A stretch of 64,000 nucleotides of DNA from Methylibium sp. NZG. GTDB taxonomy: Bacteria; Pseudomonadota; Gammaproteobacteria; Burkholderiales; Burkholderiaceae_C. Of the stretch, positions 13,388-22,887 are shown piece by piece. Under the pieces are notes generated by a model. The model made no database searches, was not told the DNA's origin, and worked only from the letters and a program-made list of their open reading frames with translations. How positions within the stretch are numbered: position 1 is the stretch's first letter; each line of letters starts with the position of its first letter. Where the stretch lies: assembly GCA_001263235.1 (NCBI GenBank), contig LGRD01000018.1:210917-274916 (forward strand). Direction: 5' to 3'. The translations under genes and the position numbers were made by a program.

Positions 13388-14469
13388 GCCATGCCGCTTT
13401 CCAGCGCCGCCAATTGTTCGGCCGATTGGGCGGCCTGCAGTGCGGCGGTCACTTCGTCGAGGTCGCCGTCGAGCACGGCCTGCAGCTTGTAAAGCGTCAG
13501 GTTGATGCGGTGGTCGGTCAGCCGGCCCTGCGGAAAGTTGTAGGTGCGTATGCGGTCACTGCGGTCGCCGCTGCCGATCAGCCCCTTGCGTGCCGCCGCC
13601 TCCTTGGCGGCACGCTCCGAGCGGTCCTTCTCGCGCAGGCGCGCCGCCAGCACGGCCATCGCCTTGGCCTTGTTGCGGTGCTGCGAGCGGTCGTCCTGGC
13701 ACTCGGCAACGATGCCGGTGGGCAGGTGCGTGATGCGGATCGCGCTGTCCGTCTTGTTCACGTGCTGGCCGCCGGCGCCGCTGGCGCGGAAGGTGTCGAT
13801 GCGCAGCTCGGCCGGGTTGAGCTGGACCTCGTCGGCCTCGTCCGCCTCGGGCAGCACGGCCACCGTGCAGGCGCTCGTGTGGATGCGGCCCTGCGTCTCG
13901 GTCGTGGGCACGCGCTGCACGCGGTGCCCGCCAGACTCGAACTTCAGCTGTGCGTAGACCGCGTCGCCCTCGATGCGGAACACCACCTCCTTGTAGCCGC
14001 CCAGGTCGGAGACGCTCTCCGACATCAGCTCGCTGCGCCAGCCGCGCCGCTCGCAGTGGCGCAGGTACATGCGCGCCAGGTCGGCAGCGAACAGCGCCGA
14101 CTCGTCGCCGCCGGTGCCAGCGCGGATTTCGAGGAAGGCATTGCGCGCGTCGTCGGGGTCGCGCGGCAGCAGCGCGGTTTGCAACTCAAAGTGCAGGCGT
14201 TCGGTGTCGGCCAGCGCCGCGTTGATCTCGTCCTGTGCGAGTTCGGCCATCTCGGGGTCGGCGAGCATGCCGCGCGCAGCGGCAAGATCACGCTCGCGCT
14301 GCTCGAAGCGCTGAAAGCGTTCGACGAGACTCGCCACTTCGGCATGCTCGCGCGTCAGCTCGCGAAAGCGCTTCATGTCGGACGCCATCGTTGGGTCGGA
14401 CAAGGTCGCGTCGAGCTCGCTCAGGCGCAGCGCGAGGCGCTCGAATTGCTGGCGGAGGGAGGCTTTCAT
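13384..14469 (-). CDS. prfA: Peptide chain release factor 1
   Basis: GGQ motif ([11 protein letters not shown]) and [17 protein letters not shown]. Trimmed to [12 protein letters not shown] at 14469. Confidence 0.95.
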   Translation of the reverse strand: MKASLRQQFERLALRLSELDATLSDPTMASDMKRFRELTREHAEVASLVERFQRFEQRERDLAAARGMLADPEMAELAQDEINAALADTERLHFELQTALLPRDPDDARNAFLEIRAGTGGDESALFAADLARMYLRHCERRGWRSELMSESVSDLGGYKEVVFRIEGDAVYAQLKFESGGHRVQRVPTTETQGRIHTSACTVAVLPEADEADEVQLNPAELRIDTFRASGAGGQHVNKTDSAIRITHLPTGIVAECQDDRSQHRNKAKAMAVLAARLREKDRSERAAKEAAARKGLIGSGDRSDRIRTYNFPQGRLTDHRINLTLYKLQAVLDGDLDEVTAALQAAQSAEQLAALESGMA

Positions 14470-14556
14470 GCTTCGGTGGTGCTCGGTAGGGAGCAGGAAC
14501 ACCGCGCGCCGGTTCGGCGCGACACGGCCCTGCCCTCGAAAGGGGCGGGGTGGCCG

Positions 14557-15840
14557 CTAATGCTTGTCGCTGTTGTGGCTGCGAATGCCTTGGCGCAGGA
14601 ACAGGCGCGACACCACCGCCGCCAGTTGCGCGCGCTGCTCGCCATCGGCCGCGTGCAACTCGGCCAGCGTGCCATGCAGCAACTTTTGCGTGAGCCCGCG
14701 CGACAGCGCTTCGAGCACGGTGTCCACGTCTTCGCCTTTGGCCAGCAGCTTGCGCGCGCGGGCGATCTCGGCGGCGCGCCAGTCGTCGGCCTGGGTGTGC
14801 AGCGCCTGGATCAGCGGCACCGAGACGCGCTGGTCGAGCCAATGCACGAAGCCCTGCACGCCGGTCTCGATGATCGCCTCGGCCTGCTCGACGGCGGCTT
14901 GGCGCTTCTCGCCGGCGCTCTGAACCAGCGTCGACAAATCGTCGACGGTGTAGAGGTAGATGTCGGACAGCCGCGAGACCTCGGGTTCGATGTCGCGCGG
15001 CACGGCCAGGTCGACCATGAACATCGGGCGGTGCTTGCGCGACTTGAGCGCACGCTCCACCGCGCCCAGGCCGATGATCGGCAGCGAACTGGCGGTGCAC
15101 GAGATCACCACGTCGAACTCGCCCAAGCGAGCGGGCAGGTCGGCCAGCCGCAGCGCCTCGGCGCCGAAGCGCGCCGCCAACCGCTCGCCGCGCTCGGCCG
15201 TGCGGTTGGCCACCGCCATCGCCTTCGGGGTGCGTGCGGCAAAGTGCGTGGCGACCAGCTCGATCATCTCGCCGGCGCCGACGAACAGCACTGTCGTGTC
15301 GCTCAGGTCTTCGAACAGTTGCGACGCCAGACGCACCGCCGCGGCGGCCATGCTGATGGAATGCGCGCCGATCTCGGTGGAGGTGCGCACTTCCTTGGCG
15401 ACAGCAAAGGAGCGCTGGAACATCTGGTGCAGCGTGGTGCCCAGCGTACCGGCGGATTCGGCCTCGCGCACGGCTTGCTTCAACTGGCCCAGGATCTGCG
15501 GCTCGCCCAGCACCATCGAATCGAGCCCGCTGGCGACGCGGAAGGCGTGGCGCGCTGCCGAGCCGCCTTCGAGCACGTACGAGTGCTCGCGCAGTGTGTG
15601 GCTCGGCACGCGGCCGATGCCGGCGAGCCAGTCGAGCGCAGGCGGCACCTGCGTCGGGTCGTCGCCCACGTACACCTCGGTGCGGTTGCAGGTGGACACG
15701 ATCGCCACCTCGCTCGGGCGCTGCAAGCGGCCACGAAACGCCTGCAAGGTGGGCGCCAACTGGTCGGGCGTGAACGCAAACCGCCCACGCAGGTCGAGCG
15801 GCGCGGTGGTGTGGTTCAGGCCCAGGGCGAAAACGCTCAT
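14557..15840 (-). CDS. hemA: Glutamyl-tRNA reductase
   Basis: [32 protein letters not shown] and VGAGEMIE. Trimmed from ORF 14557..15987 to the ATG at 15840. Confidence 0.94.
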   Translation of the reverse strand: MSVFALGLNHTTAPLDLRGRFAFTPDQLAPTLQAFRGRLQRPSEVAIVSTCNRTEVYVGDDPTQVPPALDWLAGIGRVPSHTLREHSYVLEGGSAARHAFRVASGLDSMVLGEPQILGQLKQAVREAESAGTLGTTLHQMFQRSFAVAKEVRTSTEIGAHSISMAAAAVRLASQLFEDLSDTTVLFVGAGEMIELVATHFAARTPKAMAVANRTAERGERLAARFGAEALRLADLPARLGEFDVVISCTASSLPIIGLGAVERALKSRKHRPMFMVDLAVPRDIEPEVSRLSDIYLYTVDDLSTLVQSAGEKRQAAVEQAEAIIETGVQGFVHWLDQRVSVPLIQALHTQADDWRAAEIARARKLLAKGEDVDTVLEALSRGLTQKLLHGTLAELHAADGEQRAQLAAVVSRLFLRQGIRSHNSDKH

Positions 15841-15960
15841 GCCCGGATTATAAAATTGCCGAATACCCAGTGCTCGGGGGAGTTTCCCCGTGGACGCGGC
15901 AACACGTGACAGGCGGTAGCCCCGCGCACCGATCTCTTCCCCCGCAAAAAGGCGCGCCGC

Positions 15961-16239
15961 TTGGGCCCCCTGGACACACTTTGGCACCTGCTCAACTTCT
16001 TCGCGCCGGCCCTGGGCGTCGGGCTGCTCGCGCCTGCCATGGCCAAACTGCTGTGGCGCCGCCGCCTGAAGCCGGTGGCGTGGTTGTCGCTCAGTCTGTG
16101 GACGACGGCGGCTGCGGCGGCGGCCCTGCTGGGCGGGCTGGTGGCCTTCGGCCGCGACGGCCGCATGGAAACTTACGCGCTGCTCGTGCTGGGCAGCGGC
16201 GCAGCGTTGTGGTGGGCCGGCTTCGGCCGGGCACGCTGA
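15961..16239 (+). CDS. Hypothetical small membrane protein
   Basis: 92-aa ORF with a TTG start (an in-frame ATG lies at 16039). It has 2-3 hydrophobic helices and fills the hemA-miaB gap. No family recognised. Confidence 0.4.
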   Translation: MGPLDTLWHLLNFFAPALGVGLLAPAMAKLLWRRRLKPVAWLSLSLWTTAAAAAALLGGLVAFGRDGRMETYALLVLGSGAALWWAGFGRAR

Positions 16240-16332
16240 AGGGCAGATGCTCGGCGTCTCGCCTGTGTTCCCAGAGGCCGCTGCACCGGATCAACGCGGC
16301 AGAAAGCCGCGCCGGTCTCTCGCGCACCCGCG

Positions 16333-17679
16333 TTACAGAACAGCGGACTCTTCGTGCGTCAGCCGAACCTCACCGCGCAGCGTGTGCGCCACGGCTTCGG
16401 TGATGGTCACGTCCACCATCTGCCCGACCAGCCGCGGCTGGCCTGGGAAGTTGACCGACCGGTTGCAGGCGGTCTTGCCCGTCAACTCGTTCGTGTCCTT
16501 GCGCGACGGCCCCTCGACCAGCACACGCTGCACCGTGCCGACGAGCGAGCGGCTGATGCGCATCGCGCTGGCGTCGATCGCCGCTTGGAGCCGATGCAGG
16601 CGCGCCAGCTTGGCAGCTGCCGGTGTTGCGTCGGTCAGCGCGGCGGCCGGTGTGCCGGGGCGTGGGCTGTAGACGAAGCTGAAGCTGGCGTCGAAACCGA
16701 CCTCGTCGATCAGCTTCATCAGCTTGTCGAAGTCGTCCTCCGTCTCGCCGGGAAAGCCGACGATGAAGTCGCTCGACAGGCTGAGGTCGGGCCGCACCGC
16801 GCGCAGCTTGCGCACGGTGCTCTTGTATTCCATCGCGGTGTAGCCGCGCTTCATCGCCATCAGGATGCGGTCGCTGCCGTGCTGCACCGGCAGGTGCAGG
16901 TGGCTCACGAGCTGAGGCACCTTGGCATAGACGTCGATCAGGCGCTGCGTGAACTCGTTCGGGTGGCTGGTGGTGTAACGCAGCCGCTCGATGCCGGGAA
17001 TGCGCGCGACCTCCTCGATCAGCAGCGCGAAGTCGGCCATATCGTCAGAGTTTCCCAGGGCACCGCGGTAGGCGTTCACGTTCTGCCCCAGCAGCGTCAC
17101 CTCCTTCACGCCCTGCGCCGCCAGGCCGGCGACTTCGGCAAGCACGTCGTCGAACGGGCGCGACACTTCTTCACCGCGGGTGTAGGGCACCACGCAGTAG
17201 CTGCAGTACTTCGAGCAGCCTTCCATGATCGACACGAAAGCCGTGGCGCCCTGCACGCGGGCCGGCGGCAGGTGGTCGAACTTCTCGATCTCGGGGAAGC
17301 TGATGTCGACCTGCGGCAACTGCTGCGCGCGGCGCCGCGCCAGCAGCTCGGGCAGACGGTGCAGCGTCTGCGGGCCGAACACCACGTCGACATACGGCGC
17401 GCGCTTGACGATCGCCGCGCCCTCCTGGCTGGCCACGCAGCCGCCCACGCCGATCAGCACACCCTTGGCCTTCAGGTGCTTCACGCGGCCGAGGTCGCTG
17501 AAGACCTTTTCTTGCGCCTTCTCGCGCACCGAACATGTGTTGAACAGGATCAGGTCGGCCTGTTCCACGTCGGTCGTGGGCTCGTAGCCCTCGGCGGCGC
17601 GCAGCACGTCGGCCATCTTGTCCGAGTCGTACTCGTTCATCTGGCAGCCGAAGGTCTTGATGAACACCTTGCGGCTCAT
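16333..17679 (-). CDS. miaB: tRNA-i6A37 methylthiotransferase
   Basis: FGCQMNEYD, radical-SAM motif [18 protein letters not shown], and a TRAM-like C-terminus. Trimmed to [11 protein letters not shown] at 17679. Confidence 0.94.
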   Translation of the reverse strand: MSRKVFIKTFGCQMNEYDSDKMADVLRAAEGYEPTTDVEQADLILFNTCSVREKAQEKVFSDLGRVKHLKAKGVLIGVGGCVASQEGAAIVKRAPYVDVVFGPQTLHRLPELLARRRAQQLPQVDISFPEIEKFDHLPPARVQGATAFVSIMEGCSKYCSYCVVPYTRGEEVSRPFDDVLAEVAGLAAQGVKEVTLLGQNVNAYRGALGNSDDMADFALLIEEVARIPGIERLRYTTSHPNEFTQRLIDVYAKVPQLVSHLHLPVQHGSDRILMAMKRGYTAMEYKSTVRKLRAVRPDLSLSSDFIVGFPGETEDDFDKLMKLIDEVGFDASFSFVYSPRPGTPAAALTDATPAAAKLARLHRLQAAIDASAMRISRSLVGTVQRVLVEGPSRKDTNELTGKTACNRSVNFPGQPRLVGQMVDVTITEAVAHTLRGEVRLTHEESAVL

Positions 17680-17692
17680 CGTGGGCTCCTGT

Positions 17693-18082
17693 TCAGGGCC
17701 GGGTCCAGGCCTGCGCTGCGGGGTCGAACTGCCAGGCCTCCGCTTGCGCCCGGTTCGCCGGCCAGGGCTTCTTGGCGAGTTCATCAGGGCGCAGGATCCA
17801 CACGTCCATCACCGAGCCCTGCGTGTCCACTGTGTAATGCACCCACAGCTTCTGGCCGGCGAGCGCACCGGACATCTCGATCATGTTGTTCTGCCCACGG
17901 ATGCGCGAGCCGGGGGCCAACACCACGGCATTGCCGTTGAGTTTGACCTCGGGTGGATTGACAAATGCGATCTCGCCTCGCAGTGCGCTCTGCGGAAACT
18001 GGCGGGCGACTTGCGCGAAGGCCGGCACAGAAAGCAACGCGGTGGTCAGGATGGCGATCAAACAGCGAAGCATGGTGTTCAT
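17693..18082 (-). CDS. Hypothetical exported protein
   Basis: [23 protein letters not shown]|QV is a signal peptide. The protein is about 129 aa and ends 14 nt upstream of the miaB start. Confidence 0.55.
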   Translation of the reverse strand: MNTMLRCLIAILTTALLSVPAFAQVARQFPQSALRGEIAFVNPPEVKLNGNAVVLAPGSRIRGQNNMIEMSGALAGQKLWVHYTVDTQGSVMDVWILRPDELAKKPWPANRAQAEAWQFDPAAQAWTRP

Positions 18083-18164
18083 CCAGTGGCTGTCGAGAGG
18101 TTCGCTGACCCTGGCAGGCCGCAAAAGCCACGGCGGTGCGGCATGCGAGCCGAGGGAGAGTGGT

Positions 18165-18241
<77 letters not shown>

Positions 18242-18337
18242 TTCAGCCTCGGATTATATCGTCGGCACCGGCCCCCTCTCGCCGGTGGCGTTGCAGCCAA
18301 ACCCTTGCCCACACGCGCCACCCGAGACCGTCTCCGC

Positions 18338-19399
18338 ATGTTCAGCTTCTTCAAGAAAAGGCCTCCGGCGGAGTCAACGTCAACGCCGCCCGCGGCCGCG
18401 CCAGCCGCCTCGTCTTCGACCGCGGCGTCGGGTGTCGCCCGTTCAGCCGCGCCTGGCCCTGCGCCCGAGGTTTCTGAGCCGGCCGAGCGGCTCGGTTGGT
18501 TGAGCCGCCTGCGCAGTGGGCTGAGCCGCACCGGCAGCAGCATCGCGCAGGTGTTCACGGGTGCGAAGATCGACGAGGCGCTCTACGAAGAACTGGAGTC
18601 GGCCCTGCTGATGGCCGATGCCGGCGTGAAGGCCACCGAGTTCCTCTTGGCCGACTTGAAAAGGCGCGTGAAAGCCGCCGGCGCCACCGATCCCGCAGCG
18701 GTCAAGGCGCTGCTCGCCGACGCACTGGCCGACCTGCTCGCGCCGCTGCAGCAGCCGCTGCGCGTGGGCGAGCACGCGCCGACGGTGGTGATGGTGGTGG
18801 GCGTCAACGGCGCCGGCAAGACCACCAGCATCGGCAAGCTCACCCGCCATTTGGCCGATGCGAACAAGAAGGTGCTGCTGGCCGCGGCCGACACGTTTCG
18901 CGCCGCCGCGCGCGAGCAGCTTGCGGTGTGGGCGGGGCGGAATCAGGTCGAGATCGTGAGCCAGGAAGGCGGCGACCCGGCGGCGGTGACCTTCGACGCG
19001 GTGACGGCCGGCAAGGCGCGCGGCTGCGACGTGGTGATCGCCGACACCGCCGGCCGCCTGACCACGCAACTGCACTTGATGGAAGAGCTGAAGAAGATCC
19101 GCCGCGTCATCGGCAAGGCGATGGACGGCGCGCCGCACGAGGTGCTGCTGGTGGTGGACGGCAACACGGGCCAGAACGCGCTGAGCCAGGTGCAGGTGTT
19201 CGACGAGGCGTTGCAGCTCACCGGCCTCATCATCACCAAGCTCGACGGCACCGCCAAGGGCGGCGTGCTGGCCGCGGTGGCGTTGTGGTCGCGCTCGCGA
19301 GCGCGGCCGGTGCCGGTCTACTTCATCGGTGTGGGCGAGAAGCTCGAAGACCTGCAGACCTTCGATGCGCGCGAGTTCGCGCTGGCGTTGTTGAACTGA
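18338..19399 (+). CDS. ftsY: Signal recognition particle receptor FtsY
   Basis: NG-domain motifs GVNGAGKTTSIGKL, DTAGR and TKLD. Trimmed to MFSFFKKR at 18338. Confidence 0.94.
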   Translation: MFSFFKKRPPAESTSTPPAAAPAASSSTAASGVARSAAPGPAPEVSEPAERLGWLSRLRSGLSRTGSSIAQVFTGAKIDEALYEELESALLMADAGVKATEFLLADLKRRVKAAGATDPAAVKALLADALADLLAPLQQPLRVGEHAPTVVMVVGVNGAGKTTSIGKLTRHLADANKKVLLAAADTFRAAAREQLAVWAGRNQVEIVSQEGGDPAAVTFDAVTAGKARGCDVVIADTAGRLTTQLHLMEELKKIRRVIGKAMDGAPHEVLLVVDGNTGQNALSQVQVFDEALQLTGLIITKLDGTAKGGVLAAVALWSRSRARPVPVYFIGVGEKLEDLQTFDAREFALALLN

Positions 19400-19406
19400 C
19401 TGGCGT

Positions 19407-20171
19407 TCAGCGCCGGCCGGGCTGCAGAGGCCGCGACGCCGGCTGCGGTCGAGCCGGCTGTGGAGCCGGCTGGAGGGGCGTCGGCCCGGAGTTGATGTCG
19501 TCGTACCACGTCGGCGGGGGCTCGCCTTCGTCGAGCGGGCCGCCGTGGCTCGAATCGCGTTCGGTGTCGTCGAACGCGCCGGGCGCGGCCAGCGGCGGCA
19601 CCACGATGGCCGGGGCCGCGGCCGGCCCGGCGCCGGGGGCAGGTGGCGGCTCGATGCGAAGTTCGAGCACCGAGGCGCGCGCGATCTCGACCGACGGGAA
19701 GGCGTTCTCGATCCACACGAAGCAGCGCACGTTGGCAGCCTTCAGCACGCGCAGCATGCGGTCGTGGCGCATGCGTGCACGCTCGGAGGGCAAGCCGCCG
19801 GGAGGCTCGACGATGATCACCGCGAGCGGCTGGGTCGCGGTGTCGCACACCACCAGGTCGGCGCACAGTTGCCCGACGCGGCGCAGCCACTCGGCATGCG
19901 AATAGCGCGTGGGCACGCGCAAAAAGCGCGACAGCGGCACCTGGGCCAGGACCAGGTGGTCGGGGAAGGCGCGCAGCAGCGTGTTGTGCGCCAGCCGCTC
20001 TTGCGAGGTGAGAACGCGGGTGACTTGGGGCGGCCAGGCAGCCAGGGTGTCCAACCGGTCGCCTGCGTCGGCGGCCGAGCCGTCGTTGCGCCGCTGGCGC
20101 AGCCACCAGCCCACCAGCGCCAGCAGGAGCACCACCAACACGGCCACGAGCATCGATGAATTCGTCGTCAT
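19407..20171 (-). CDS. Membrane-anchored DUF2726-like (endonuclease-fold) protein with Pro-rich tail
   Basis: N-terminal TM helix LVAVLVVLLLALVGWWL. The core (TSQERLAHNTLLRAFPDHLVLAQVPL...CADLVVCD...AVIIVE) matches my recollection of DUF2726. The C-terminal 90 aa are Pro/Ala-rich. Confidence 0.6.
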   Translation of the reverse strand: MTTNSSMLVAVLVVLLLALVGWWLRQRRNDGSAADAGDRLDTLAAWPPQVTRVLTSQERLAHNTLLRAFPDHLVLAQVPLSRFLRVPTRYSHAEWLRRVGQLCADLVVCDTATQPLAVIIVEPPGGLPSERARMRHDRMLRVLKAANVRCFVWIENAFPSVEIARASVLELRIEPPPAPGAGPAAAPAIVVPPLAAPGAFDDTERDSSHGGPLDEGEPPPTWYDDINSGPTPLQPAPQPARPQPASRPLQPGRR

Positions 20172-20184
20172 TGCGTCTCCTGGC

Positions 20185-21555
20185 TCAGCGCGGGCCGCCC
20201 AGGCCCTTCATGGCGCCCATGCGCTTCATCATCTTCATCATGCCGCCGCCTTTCATCTTCTTCATCATGTCGCGCATTTGCTCGAACTGCTTGAGCATGC
20301 GGTTCACGTCCTGCACCTGAACGCCCGAGCCCATCGCGATGCGGCGCTTGCGGGTGGCCTTGATGAGGTCCGGCTTGCGCCGCTCCAGCGGCGTCATCGA
20401 GCAGATGATGCCCTCCATGCGGCGCACATCGCGCTCGGCGCGGTCCATGTCGGCCTGCCCGGGCGGGGCGGCGTTGCCCATCATCTGCGTTGGCAGCTTG
20501 TCCATCAGGCTGGACAGGCCTCCCATCTTCTTCATCTGCGAAATCTGCGCCAGAAAGTCGTCCAGGTCAAACGCGTCGCCCGACTTGACCTTGTCGGCGA
20601 GTTTCTGCGCCGCGGCCACATCGACGCCCTTTTGCACCTCTTCGACCAGCGCGACGATGTCGCCCATGCCGAGCACGCGGCCGGCGTGGCGTTGCGCATC
20701 GAACACTTCCAGCCCGTCGAGCTTCTCAGACGTGCCGGCAAACTTGATCGGCGCGCCCGTGATCTGGCGCACCGACAGCGCCGCGCCGCCGCGCGAGTCG
20801 CCGTCCATCTTGGTCAGCACGATGCCGGTGAGCGGCAGCGCTTCCTTGAAGGCCTTGGCGGTGTTGACCGCGTCCTGGCCTTGCATCGCATCGACGACGA
20901 ACAGAGTCTCCACCGGCTTCAGGGCGGCGTGCAATTCGCCGATCTCGGCCATCAGCGCAGCGTCGATGGCCAGGCGGCCGGCGGTGTCCACCAGCAGCAC
21001 GTCGAAATAGTGCTTGCGCGCGTGGTCGAGCGCGGCCAGCGCGATCGCCAGCGGTTTGTCGCTCGCCTGCGACGGGAACCACTCGGCGCCTGCCTGCTTG
21101 GTGACCAGCTTCAACTGCTCGATGGCCGCCGGACGGTACACGTCGGCCGAGACGGTGAGCACCTTCTTCTTGCGTTTGTCGATCAGGTGCTTGGCGAGCT
21201 TGGCGGTGGTCGTGGTCTTGCCGGCACCCTGCAGGCCGGCCATCAGTATGACGGCGGGCGGTTGCGTTGCCAGGTCGATGTCGACAACGCCCTCGCCCAT
21301 CGTCGCCGCGAGTTCGCGGTTGACGATGCTCACCAGCATCTGCCCCGGCGAGAGCGACGCCGCCACCTCGGCGCCGAGCGCGCGCTCCTTCACGCGGGCG
21401 ATGAAGTCGCGCACCACCGGCAGCGCCACATCGGCTTCAAGCAGTGCCATGCGCACCTCGCGCAGCATGTCCTGCACGTTGCTCTCGGTGATGCGCGCCT
21501 GGCCGCGCATCGTCTTGACAAGTCGGCTCAGCCGGTCGGTGAGGGTGGAGGCCAT
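20185..21555 (-). CDS. ffh: Signal recognition particle protein Ffh
   Basis: MASTLTDRLSRLVKTMRG, GLQGAGKTTTTAKL, DTAGR and TKMDGD, with a Met-rich M-domain tail. Only the 3' 457 codons of ORF 20185..23490 are real. Confidence 0.95.
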   Translation of the reverse strand: MASTLTDRLSRLVKTMRGQARITESNVQDMLREVRMALLEADVALPVVRDFIARVKERALGAEVAASLSPGQMLVSIVNRELAATMGEGVVDIDLATQPPAVILMAGLQGAGKTTTTAKLAKHLIDKRKKKVLTVSADVYRPAAIEQLKLVTKQAGAEWFPSQASDKPLAIALAALDHARKHYFDVLLVDTAGRLAIDAALMAEIGELHAALKPVETLFVVDAMQGQDAVNTAKAFKEALPLTGIVLTKMDGDSRGGAALSVRQITGAPIKFAGTSEKLDGLEVFDAQRHAGRVLGMGDIVALVEEVQKGVDVAAAQKLADKVKSGDAFDLDDFLAQISQMKKMGGLSSLMDKLPTQMMGNAAPPGQADMDRAERDVRRMEGIICSMTPLERRKPDLIKATRKRRIAMGSGVQVQDVNRMLKQFEQMRDMMKKMKGGGMMKMMKRMGAMKGLGGPR

Positions 21556-21753
21556 GGGGGAGTGGGCGGTGGCTGTCGGTGTCGAGCGGTGTCGGTCGGT
21601 TTCGGTTGAGGCCTGCCAGGCAAGCCCGCAGAAGCAGACGCTGCAAGAGCGGTCGGGCAGAAGCTGCGAAGCCGGGAACGAGGGCGACCAGCCCACAACA
21701 GTGGGCGACCTCGAAAGTACACTGTGCGATTCGATTCTATCGTTCGATCCCCG

Positions 21754-22566
21754 ATGAACAGTGCGATCACCACCTCTTATGCGCTGGGCCTGCCCGGCCT
21801 GCTGGCCATCGCCGGCTATGGGGTCGCCGCGCTGCCCGCTGAACTGGACGGCCGCTGGCGCGTCGCGTTGCTCGTGGGCTGGCTGCTGCATGCGGTGGCG
21901 ATCGCGGTCGACATCAGCGGCTTCGGGACCGGAACCGCAGGCGCGCGATTCGGCTTTGCGCCGGCGTTGTCGGTCACCATGTGGTTGGTGATTGCGGTGT
22001 ACGGCGTCGAGAGCCGCTTTGTGCCGTTGCCGAACGCGCGGCGGGTGCTCGCCTGCCTCGGGGCGCTCGCGGTGGCGCTGGCGTTGGCGTATCCGGGCGA
22101 TCTGATGCCGCAAGCGTCTTCGCGCTGGGCGCCGTTGCACTGGATGCTCGGGATCGCGTCGTACGCGTTGTTCGGCGCGGCGGTGCTGCACGGCGTCTTG
22201 CTCAACCGCGCCGAGCGCCTGATGCGTGCCGGCCGCGCGGCGGCGGCGGGCCCCGGGCCCGGTTTGCCGCTGCTTCGGCTGGAGCGGCTGACCTTCTGGT
22301 TCGTCGGCGCCGGGTTCGTCGTGCTGTCGGCGGCGATTGTGTTGGGCGCCTTGTTCGCCAGCCCCTGGCGGTGGGACCACAAAACGGTGTTGTCGGTGCT
22401 CGGGTGGGCGGTGTTTGCCAGCCTGCTCGCAGGGCGCCAGCTGTTCGGCTGGCGCGGCCACCGGGCCACGCGCTGGCTCTATGCCGGAGCGGCGCTGCTG
22501 CTGCTGGCTTACGCGGGTTCGCGCTTCGTGTTCGAGGTGCTGCTGCAACGGGCGCCCGGTGCCTGA
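21754..22566 (+). CDS. Cytochrome c assembly family (CcsA/YpjD-like) inner-membrane protein
   Basis: About 270 aa and polytopic, divergent from ffh, which is a common proteobacterial arrangement. The start is either ATG 21754 or GTG 21724. Confidence 0.75.
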   Translation: MNSAITTSYALGLPGLLAIAGYGVAALPAELDGRWRVALLVGWLLHAVAIAVDISGFGTGTAGARFGFAPALSVTMWLVIAVYGVESRFVPLPNARRVLACLGALAVALALAYPGDLMPQASSRWAPLHWMLGIASYALFGAAVLHGVLLNRAERLMRAGRAAAAGPGPGLPLLRLERLTFWFVGAGFVVLSAAIVLGALFASPWRWDHKTVLSVLGWAVFASLLAGRQLFGWRGHRATRWLYAGAALLLLAYAGSRFVFEVLLQRAPGA

Positions 22567-22614
22567 AGCGACGCCTGAACTGATGCCTGTCAACGCGCTT
22601 GCCGGAATAACCTG

Positions 22615-22866
22615 ATGAGACTTGCTCTGTTCATCCTCGCCGTCGTGGTGCTGCTGTGGCTGGTGCGCGGTGCCGTGCGCCGGCGTGCCGCTGCGCCGCG
22701 CTCGAAGCCGGCCGATACCAGCACCGCCGCAGCGCCTCAGCCGATGCTGACGTGCGCGCATTGCGGCCTGCACTTGCCCCGCGACGAGGCGCTGCCCGGT
22801 CGCGGCGGCGTGTTCTGCGGCGACGCACACCGCAAGGCCTTCGAGCAGACCGACGACGTCCGCTGA
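22615..22866 (+). CDS. Small membrane-anchored zinc-ribbon protein (PP0621-like)
   Basis: 83 aa with a TM helix and TCAHCGLHLPRDEAL...GVFCGDAHRKAF. It lies immediately upstream of the kinase/regulator pair. Confidence 0.65.
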   Translation: MRLALFILAVVVLLWLVRGAVRRRAAAPRSKPADTSTAAAPQPMLTCAHCGLHLPRDEALPGRGGVFCGDAHRKAFEQTDDVR

Positions 22867-22887
22867 TCCGCGAGGCGGCGCCTGAAC

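Noticed and set aside
13345-15909. 854-aa plus-strand ORF
   Set aside because: It is antisense to prfA and hemA, both of which have unambiguous motifs. Its composition is that of a shadow ORF.
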